From the NCBI GenBank assembly GCA_040954595.2, contig CM082596.2, positions 5,344,791-5,408,790 of the forward strand: a stretch of 64,000 bases of DNA, given 5' to 3'. This DNA is from Balanoglossus misakiensis (lineage: Eukaryota > Animalia > Hemichordata). The notes beneath the pieces were generated by a model that worked only from the letters and a program-made list of their open reading frames with translations, did no database searches and was not told the DNA's origin. Each line of letters starts with the position of its first letter. Position 1 is the stretch's first letter. Below are positions 55,201 to 64,000 of this stretch, one piece after another. The translations under genes and the position numbers were made by a program.

Positions 55201-58200
55201 ACCCCCACCCCCACCCCCACCCATGGTCGACATGACTTAATTCTGTACACTCAAACTCAGGCATTCAAGGTCCCTGTCTTTCAATAAATCCACCAAACTC
55301 GTAGAAGACTCCAGGCAACCCAATCCACTTGCCATACGTTGCAATGTACCGACTTGATGGCAAGGACACGTTTCTGAACGAGTTGTATTATAATTATGAC
55401 GAATGCAAACTTTGATATATCTTAATTGCCAGGCCAATTAAAGTCACCTGCATATTGATTTTCCATATTACATCACTTACCAGTTCTACCTTTTCTTTAC
55501 CTCCTCCTGCCCACAGCAATCTGCACACGGGATCACTTCGGAGCATACTGCGCCAGTAGCTGTCCGTTGTCTCACGTTACCAACCAAGATGCTGCCTTCT
55601 GCGCGGATATCGACGTAGGCCTTTCATGCTGCAAACCCAAGAGTAAGTTGGGAGTCCTTCGCAGTATAGATAATCTTGCTTCCTCTATTCCACCATGAAC
55701 AGGTTTGATTGCAACACTGAAAACATTGAACAAAACCAGTAGTACATAAATACATTTTATGCATACATGAAACGTGTTGTACATCTATGTAAAGGGGGTA
55801 CATCTTTATCTGACTTGCCTTGGAGAAAATGGTAGTGCCGTGTGATATTTCCAATGAATATTCCAAAATTGTAAATCAACAAGCTCTCTTGTTAATAATC
55901 ATTATATGACCAATACTATTTCCATTTTCGTTGCAGTTGTTGGCCGTTACGGAAGTAAGTATATGTTCCTTCTCATTGATCTGTGCCACATTCAAAATCT
56001 CGTACACTAATGTCATTGCAATGAAAACATGCAACCTAAGTCCTGTGAATGCATTGTTTATTCACCAAGTCTTCCTATAGATTTTGTCTGAACTTAGCCA
56101 TTATACCAGTACATACATAAAAACAGACATACACAGTTTACACACATACACAACTAAAAAAATAAAATAAAGATTTCATACATGGTAAAGCGAAACTAAA
56201 GCATGAATTGACCCATAGACTTTTCTTGATTTCAGTTTACGATCCCGAACCCATAATATCAGAAGATGGAGGTACATGTAGTCCTCTTATTATTTGTTAT
56301 TGAACTTCACCAATGGGTTGAGTAATTTAGTCTTCTGTAGTTATAATTATTCCAATGAATATTTAAAACAAGAATTGAAAGCGGTGTGGACCAGTGTCTT
56401 GGAAACACTTTGTCAACTTGCATCTGGATGCTTGTTAATAATCAAACTACATTATTTTTCAGAGCTCATACTTCCACCACTTCCCGAAGGTGAGTAAGGA
56501 TATTTTTCAGATCTTTTGATGATGCCGAGGAAATAAGAGAGAGGGTGGGTGGGGTGGGAGAGAGAGACGGAGAGAGATGGAGGGGAGGGGGAGGAAAGGA
56601 GGGAGATAAATTCAACTAAACATCCTCACCTGGTTAAAACTATATTCAAAAGCCCTTGTTGCAATCAGAAGAGTCACTGGTCATTTGCTTATACTAATAA
56701 ATAACATCAACCCTTCTTCTTCTGCAGACTTGCCAGCACCCGAAGATGCTCCCAGTGATGGTAGGTTCACCGACCTTTTGATTTGTCTCTGCATAGCTAA
56801 AAATGAGTTGTCAATTAAATATTCTGGTGTGATCTTTCACGCTTTTCATTTTCAGACTCAGTGTCTTGTTAGAAAATAATTATCACCCTGGCTTCACAAA
56901 ATACGTACCCTGCTTCACTACACGAGCTATCTCTCTCTAGTAATTTATTGAGCCAATTATTCAGCATTTTATATTGTTTTGTGGTCACGTCATTCATTTG
57001 TATCTATGTTGTTCACTGCAGGTCCACCTGGTGCTGGTGGAGCAGTCCCAGGTGAGTTTTATTTCTTTGTCGGCCAATCAGTGTGATTGTTAACAAATGT
57101 GTACACAACACACATTACCTCCATCGGCTGCCAAATTACAAGTCTAGATAATTTTCCCTGGACTGAGTTGAACAAGAGGGTGTGTCAGGATTTTTTTACG
57201 CGAACGAAAAACCATCACGCACGTGATTTTTTCAGAGCATCAGCTTCTATTGCCTTCAGAGCAGTGGATAAGAGAGCTGTAAATCTAATGCGAATTCTTT
57301 TTTTATTTGCCAACAGAGGGTTTCACCGGCCCCGTTGAGAGTATTGCAGGTATGTTGAACTTTCAAAAATTGAACTTACTGTTGACAAATGAAATCAAGT
57401 CCGGACGAGAGTTCGAGTGTCAAAAGCAGCAGTCGATGCACTGTCATGCTCGCTGAACATTCAGGAATCTGTGCTGTAGGGCGTTGGCAGAGTCTGTCAC
57501 TGTTAATTGAATAAAACAGTGAGAAAAAAGAAACATGTTATAAATTACAACTAAATAGAGCTTAATTTAAACGACACCTTTACCTTTCTTTTTTCTTATT
57601 GTTGGCTCAATCAGTTATCGCACAAACAATCTTGATCTGTCCAAGTTGGATTTTATACAAAATAGAGTTGCTTTCCAAGTGGATGGAATTAATTGATTCT
57701 TACATTCTTTTTTTTCTAATTCCAGGCGTACCCGTGCCAAACCTTGGAACACATCGTAAGTACATGTAGTGTACAGAACATTGAGGCGGGTCACCTAAAA
57801 CACACGTGATCGTGTCTTGACCTGTTACATTTATTGCCGTCCATGAGTTTGTACTGAGGTTGCCAATATCATAGACCTCATCATGATTTCTGGAGTTGGG
57901 TCCGTTTTTGCAGTAATTTCTGAGATTAAAAAGGGTATAGTTAATAATTTTACAGTGTAGATGTGGTCAGAGATCATGGTTACATTAAATGACTGCTAAT
58001 AGTATTTCTTTTCTGTATTTCTTTATCTCTCAGCTGGAATGACTGGTAAGTGATCAATTCAACCTAGTTTCTTTCATTCACAAATTTCCAATAAGAGAGT
58101 TGCATCTTCAAGCATTGTAGTACATGCATACCTGTAGTAATATTATTTACAGTACGTAGTTTTAAGCATCAGCAGTTTGACAGTAAAGAAACTTAAAGGC

Positions 58201-59408
58201 CCATATTTGGTGACGAGTGGCATTTCTATAGATATTAACAATAGACCTTGTGAGACGTCAAAGGGTCAGCTGAGCATATGCCCCTTTAAGGATTGCGTAT
58301 AACATGTTCATTTCTATGTGCAAGATTTGTAGACCATGGGGAAAATATCCATTCTCAGTTGTGAGTATCTTTTTTTTTTTCTGCACAGGCCCTGGAGAAA
58401 CAGGTGACCCGAGAATAACAACTCTTGACCACTTGAAATACCAATTCATCGGGCAGCCCTGCACCTACACTCTCCTCACAGAGTGTGTATTTGGCGACGA
58501 GAAACCCAACTTCTACATCGAGTCTACCCACGTTGCTGGACTCAACAACGGTCACGAAATGACGTCGGTCGGCCACCTGAACGTTTACTACAATGGCGAA
58601 CATGTGGAACTTTTGGAAGGCGACAGGATTGTGGTGAGTGAGTCATTTCGGTGCCTGCAGCATGACCAGCCTGTTCATTAAGTGAATTATACTCGCGACT
58701 GCCCTGTGAGAAGTCATCGCAATTTGAAAAGAGACAAAATCTGTTTGTACTAGCAGCGCGTAGTTGATTTGTCTTGTTCTGCAGACCCCCCCCTTGGCAA
58801 AAAAATATCATGTTATAACATTGTCCTTCAATAATACTTTTCAAACTGTTTTTCATTTGCCATGTTTTGGAATCGAAATATTTGGTGTTAAAACTTCGGT
58901 GTGACCACTGTTTAAGTATGCACGCCAGAGTAATTTGCTTAACCTGTGACGTGGACACATGAAGATTCAAAGACAAAGGAGTAGCGCGGAAGTTGCTGAC
59001 TTTAAGGAGAACTAGCTGGCACAATAGCGACAGCCAGTCTCATGCAGTTTTTTTCCCCCCCCCAACTTGCAGGTTAACAAGAAAGACGTGACAGACGAGG
59101 TGGACCACGAATCCAGAGCTTTCGGCAAACACGACGACTTCAAGATGAGGTGGCACTTCTTGCACGAGTACCGCAGGCGCGTCAGACTGGTGGTCAACGA
59201 CTTTGAGATCTTCTTCAACGGCGAGGGCCACGTGATCGTCCGCAGCCAGGACAAGGGCTCCCGCAACGTGTGCGGGTTGCTGGGCAACTTCAACAACGAC
59301 GCCGACGACGACCTGGCCTACAAGGATGCGAACGGCAGCTGGGTTGTCGCCGACCCCAAAGTCCCCGCAGAAGTGGAAGCATTCGGAGAGGCCTGGAGAG
59401 TCCGGTAA
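46269..59408 (+). CDS. Secreted mosaic lectin/VWD protein (FCGBP/zonadhesin/mucin-related): SP, Ser/Gly region, 2 CTL, SUEL, VWD-C8-TIL-TILa/EGF, 2 defensin-like modules, Pro/Gly linker, VWD; 29 exons, ~1251 aa
   Basis: Signal exon 46269-46334 (MRQKILIVLLVVVVISLADAKK). Microexons 46794-46827, 47165-47194, 47317-47346, 47469-47516, 47633-47662, 48532-48567. CTL 49212-49586 and 50034-50486. SUEL 50875-51156. Linker 51537-51584. VWD 51865-52118 and 52462-52751. C8 53256-53542. TIL 53867-54069. TILa/EGF 54384-54558. Linker 54745-54798. Cys modules 54947-55081 and 55517-55642. Eight microexons in 55937-58045. VWD 58389-58633 and 59073-59408. The total of 3756 nt stays in frame, there is no TM segment, and AATAAA lies at 59498. 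Confidence 0.85.
47140..47700 (+). repeat. Four-copy tandem repeat (~152-164 bp) in which each unit is an intron plus a Ser/Gly microexon
   Basis: gtgtacttttt(t)aacag|exon|gtaagtatctttgatcactatgctgaaa recurs, with exon starts at 47165, 47317, 47469 and 47633. Confidence 0.9.
49082..49210. repeat. Compound simple repeat (CT, CAAC/CACC, (CACT)n) forming the acceptor region of CTL exon 1
   Basis: The (CACT)n run ends directly in ...CACAG| at 49211. Confidence 0.85.
51720..51834 (-). mobile_element. MITE-like DNA transposon terminal fragment, copy 1 (inverted relative to copy 2)
   Basis: Its reverse complement, TACTGTAAGCCGGGAAATTTTCGCGATATCAAAAACTGTTACGCGACGATTAATTTTCGCC...TGCATCGTTATCTCC, aligns by eye to 54080-54190. 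The TACTGT terminus and TTTTCGCG sub-repeats are typical of non-autonomous DNA elements; I did not assign a family. Confidence 0.6.
54080..54250 (+). mobile_element. MITE-like DNA transposon terminal fragment, copy 2
   Basis: TACTGTGAAACAGGAAATTTTTCGCGATATCAAAAG...CTGTTACACAACGATTAATTTTCGCG...TGCATCGTTATCTCC is homologous to the reverse complement of 51720-51834. Confidence 0.6.
55196..55222. repeat. (ACCCCC)n simple repeat with G-quadruplex potential on the minus strand
   Basis: Five C-runs of 3-5 nt separated by single A residues, in the intron between the two defensin-like exons. Confidence 0.6.
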
Positions 59409-61371
59409 GGCCCCAGTCCACAATCGCTTTCGGAATCTGACTCACACTTTGACATGGTTAAAGGCCCTTCTCAACAGTGGGTCAACTTTTTGTTTCCAAT
59501 AAACAGTTACGTGCTAACGCAAAGGATTTCTTATTTGCCTTCATTGTTCTGCCCTGGGATAGAGAAAATGGCCTTTAAAGCTCCAATCAACTATGTTTTC
59601 AGTATTTTTGTCTTGTGTATCTGACTGCACTTTCTTGTTCAAATCTCTGAAGCATGATGAAATGCTCAGTCTTCATAACACAACCTAGTTGCTGAAATAC
59701 GCATTAAATTGTCGTGCCGATAGCCAACCAGACATTTATATGACAAAAGCCCCAGTGCTGTACATGTTTGAACATGGGAGCTAAATTTTGAGTCTGCAAG
59801 AATAGTGATGACTATAATATACAGGACAATCACATCACATCAGGACATATACATGTATAATGAATCGTTCTTTTATCACACATACTGACCCATGGTCACC
59901 ATTTTTCCCCTTCCCTTCCTTTTTTTTACATTTGATAGTTGCTGAACTCATCAGTTGCACTAAACTGGACAGGACCACAAAGAAACAGTTGGTCACGGTG
60001 ACATTGACCTCCTCTGGGTGATGACAAAGGTGATGGTGCACCAACAGTCTTATATTCATTGTAAATGACCCTAATGCAGATGTACAACTATGTCAGTGAA
60101 ATTTGTGTACTTTTAGCTTTACCGCACATCCAGTGCCAGTCGGTAGCAGAGATTATTTACATTTAGCTTATGAAGAATTATATTTATGTGTATATGTATT
60201 ATTACCTTGTAAATGTATTAAAATGTTGACAGCAAAGTGAATATTACTTGTGTTTGTGTGTATTTTTGCGATGGTTGTGTGTGCAGTTGTTAAGTTTTGT
60301 GATTGAAGGGAATTTGGCTGACTGGGCGATCGAACTAAGCTCTTTGCTTTATAATAAGCTCGGCCGTACCTATTGGCTTATCATACTTGTGTCAAATTTT
60401 ATTAATTATCTACAGCAGTTTCTGGTTCCCCTATTTAGTATATCAGTATTAGAAGAGTAGCGATTACAGCGCACCCAGCGGCAGACTTGGATGTAAAGAA
60501 ATAGGCATGCTCAAATAGGCAGCCATCTTAACAACTGCAACTAGGCTGAATGTTCTTTGACTGGTGGGTTAAAGGTCAAGCAAACTTTTAGCGAACTTCG
60601 ATCAGACACTATGTATTACCAGTACATGTATTAGGTGATATCAGTGTGGCCGAATGATTGGTTCAGGTAGGCTGTCGTGAACCCATTCCAGGATCTGTAC
60701 AAAATCTCGACTGCTTTGCGGGCAAGGATATAGTCACAAACGTGAGTATTGAGGCGTATCCCTGGCCTTGTGCTTGTTGTTATGTTGCAGACGAAATTCA
60801 GAGTCACTGTACAGTAGTCAGTACTGCACTGCAGGACTGGGAACACCTCAGTGATTCTGAATTTTCTTGCAGTGGGAGGGTACACTTCATGTACCGGTAC
60901 TTACACAGGTGTGGTATAGTAACAGGTACGCAAGACAATCACAAATCTTGCAAGCCAGAATTTCGGAGAGCACACATGTTTCTGTTGCGTCGTCTGCTTC
61001 CAAATAAAGTAAAGCCACCTTAGTTTGATATCACGGGTCACTCTCCCAGACGCTACAATGCTGCAGCCTCGTATGCATCAGGTGCCCAAGGTCAGCATGA
61101 CCTACGTTACAATGATAGGTTTGGAATCATTTGAAATATGTGTTGGTCAATAAATGGCATAGAATTTTGAATGCTTTCTATCAATTTGGCTGCTTGGCCT
61201 TCAACTTTGGTGGATTGCAGAGTTGTGTTTGTTTGGGGTTTTTTTTGGGGGGGGGGATCATTTGGTCATACTTCCTCTTTATGTACAGTAGGACTAAATT
61301 CAATTCCACAAGCTGATTGACATTTTTGATAAAATCATTTGATTTTTTTTTTAACCATCAGAGTACTAACA

Positions 61372-63852
61372 ATGTCCTCGGCAGTATTGGATACAGGTGC
61401 AATCTCCGCCAAGGGAAAGGAGACACTGGAAAAAGTTAAACGATTTATGCTTGAACATGTGTACCCAGCAGAACTTGTGAGTACATGTACATGTATGTTT
61501 TTTTTCACTGGAAATTGCTCTTTCCTGGATGTAATATAACATGGCATGTCCAACAGTGTGTACATGTAAATTGGAATGCATGTCTGACTGTCTGTGTTAT
61601 CACAAATGGCTATTTAATAATTTTCAAAAAAAATATCTCTTGAATTACTTGTTTCCCCTGATATTCAAAACTAACCCTTTGTCAACAGGTTTTTCATAGA
61701 CAAGTGAATGTTTAGGCAAGCTTACTCTGTTTCAAATGCAGGTATACGCAGAGCAGTTGGAAAAATCTGGCAAGAAATGGTGGATTCCCCCTATCATGGA
61801 AGAACTCAAGGTAATTATTCAATTTTCAGTTTGATTTTAATAATTCAAGATACCTGAACAAGATGCTAATTAATTGACTGTCAATCGAAGCATGCATGAT
61901 CAATGTGACAAAGTTTCTCAAATCAAGGTAGTATTATAACCTGTAAATAATCAAATAATACTGATATTTTACACCAACCGGAATCTCCTTTTCCCGGAAA
62001 CAGGCTAAAGCCAAGGAGCAGGGACTGTGGAATCTGTTTCTTCCCGGAATCAGTGGACTCACTGTCCTGGAATACGCACTGATCGCGGAGGAGACCGGAA
62101 AATCCCGGATTGGGCCGGAGGCATTTAATTGTGCAGCTCCTGGTGAGATCAAAGTTCGTACAACCTGCGAGGGTTGAACCTTGAAGTTGTTTGCCATAGT
62201 ATGGAAATAGAAATACGTAGCGGTGTGCACAACTTTAAAAGTGTACGGATAGATATTGAAAACAGCTTGAATAGAGATCGCAACAGTAGAATTAAAAGTA
62301 ATATTGATATTTCATTGTCATCATCTAAAATTGTTTTTGTGTGCAGACACCGGCAATATGGAAGTGCTATATCTGTACGGAAGTCCAGAACAGAAGAAAC
62401 AGTGGTTAGAACCTCTCCTGGAAGGGAAGATCAGGTCCTGTTTCAGTATGACAGGTAAAGAACCTGATACTGCAAATTATGTCTGACTGGAAGATCTTCA
62501 GTCTTTGTATCACTATTTGCTTTTGAATATGTGCTGGTCGCCACCATCTTGTCTGTTGTTAAGTCAGCACGCTGCCTTATGGCGTTGACTAATACACTTT
62601 TTGTAACCAGAGTCTCTGGTTTGGCACATGCGCGAAAGACGATCGTTGCCCTTTAAATCTTCATAGTTGGTAATGTTTGCAAGTTTATTCTTTGCTGTGA
62701 TCTAATCTTTTCTTGGTTTATTTTTCATAGAGCCTCAAGTAGCGTCCAGTGACGCAACCAACATGCAGTGTACAATCACACGCGACGGCGACAGTTATGT
62801 TGTAAACGGAAGAAAATGGTGGAGCAGTGGTAGGTTTTTCAATTTAACATTGCATGAGTATTCATCTTACATTTTCTGCCAGTACCGGTAGTGTTACCTG
62901 TAATTTTGGCAATCAGAGCGGTGACCTCACAATCAAAATTCCCTCAAACTGATAGTTTTTGCTACTACACATACGGGATTTTAAATAGGCCTTAACATCA
63001 GTTCTTTTGCATCAATGTTTCCCAGGTGCTGGTGATCCAAGATGTAAGATCGCCATAGTGATGGGAAAAACAGGTGGAGATACTTCTCCAAGGTAGGCCT
63101 TCAATAACATTTGATGCAATTTTGCAACAGGATCATGTCACCTTAAAGTATGATGCTGAGCGTGAATGAATTATTCCAGGCTTCACAAATTAATTTAAAA
63201 CTCTGGCCTAGTGCAAGGAGGAGCAAGAATTTATAGAAGTTCATGTGTAAAAGAAACCAGCAGTCCATTACACAAGTCTAAAATATTGATTGACTAAAGC
63301 TAGAGGAAAAACTGCACTTCTTTATATGAAACTTACATCAGCACTTACAAAGTTGTGTTTTGCATTAAATGTTGTTTCCTGTTCCAGACATAAACGGCAT
63401 AGTATGATCCTGGTTCCCCTTGACACGCCCGGTGTGAAAATTGTTCGATTTATGAAAGTTTTTGGAAATGAGGGTGGGTATTTCTTTTGTGCGGTCTGTA
63501 TTTTAGAACAGTAAAAAACTGTGTTTAGGAAGAGCATCATTTCATCAAACAAACATTGGGATCTAGTGAATTACCATGGTGTCATCCCTGTATACAATTC
63601 GATGCTGTGGTTTTTGCCTGAACACTGAGGCGCGTGTATCTGATTCTGCTCTAGGTTCCCCCAAAGGGCACGCTGAGTTTGAATTCAACAATGTTAGAGT
63701 TCCACTCGGCAACATAATCCTTGGTAAGTAGGAGTCAGAAATATACTGGATTTGAGAAAATCTTTTACGTTCTCCCTTTGTAGATGCTCCTCATGGCCAC
63801 GCAGAAATTGAGTTCAACAATGTCAGAGTTCCGCTTGCTAATATAATACTTG
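61372..63852 (+). CDS. Acyl-CoA dehydrogenase of the ACAD10/ACAD11 type, ACAD domain only; 5' part, continues off the right edge
   Basis: Exons 61372-61476, 61742-61810, 62004-62142, 62347-62454, 62731-62829, 63026-63092, 63388-63473, then 63655-63723 or 63784-63852. Family motifs: [93 protein letters not shown]10 versus ACAD11 orthology cannot be decided by eye. Confidence 0.92.
63655..63723 (+). CDS. Duplicated alternative exon A of the ACAD gene ([23 protein letters not shown])
   Basis: Intact acceptor (TTCTGCTCTAG) and donor (G|GTAAGT). It is 69 nt, phase 1-1, and homologous to exon B at 63784-63852. Confidence 0.8.
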
Positions 63853-64000
63853 GTAAGTACAAATACTGAAAACCCAATCGCAACTTCAGAGGTAAAAACA
63901 ATCAACTTTTTAACAATTACCGTATGCACAAACACTGAAACCTGCAGTGACTAAACTGGACATCAAGAGTATTGAGAAAATTGTTTGGTTTACATAAGTG

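Noticed and set aside
60060-60380. Possible 3' tail of a LINE
   Set aside because: It is AT-rich with a weak stem-loop, but has no reverse transcriptase remnant or clear tail repeat.
60976-61070. Mitochondrial-presequence-like MFLLRRLLPNK upstream of the ACAD gene
   Set aside because: An in-frame TAG follows after 15 codons, and the nearby donors do not join the canonical acceptor at 61362 in frame. It is more likely 5' UTR or a uORF.
1-64000. tRNA, rRNA, hammerhead ribozyme or SECIS elements
   Set aside because: The CTGATGA occurrences I checked lack the stem and GAAA core. I saw no cloverleaf or rRNA-like sequence and no in-frame TGA in the gene models. An Infernal/Rfam scan would be needed to exclude small RNAs properly.

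Overview
This is eukaryotic genomic DNA: AT-rich, with many GT-AG introns and frequent TACATGTA words. It looks like a marine invertebrate, but the taxon cannot be fixed from the sequence. Most of the supplied ORF track is spurious or exon fragments, so I assembled genes by hand from splice sites and reading frame. Six protein-coding loci are supported. (1) The 5' end of an unidentified minus-strand gene that runs off the left edge, with a non-coding exon near 13.9 kb, a start exon at 2171-2372 and a possible alternative first exon at 322-369. (2) A complete DNAJC10/ERdj5 (minus, 19 coding exons, ~807 aa, J domain, four CxxC motifs, KDEL). (3) A type I membrane protein with 4 CUB and 4 CCP domains and a tail carrying six FxxNxxY motifs (minus, ~1007 aa). 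(4) A divergent adhesion GPCR with a non-canonical GPS (minus, ~972 aa). (5) A secreted mosaic protein (plus, ~1251 aa, 29 exons): Ser/Gly microexons, two C-type lectins, a SUEL lectin, VWD(GDPH)-C8-TIL, EGF, two beta-defensin-like modules, eight symmetric microexons and a second VWD. (6) The 5' part of an ACAD10/11-type dehydrogenase that lacks the kinase domain and has a duplicated, probably mutually exclusive exon pair at the right edge. Repeats include a near-perfect 5 x 163 bp tandem array, microsatellites abutting splice acceptors, and an inverted pair of MITE-like fragments. I found no rRNA, tRNA or CRISPR array. All exon coordinates were read by eye and need RNA-seq confirmation.
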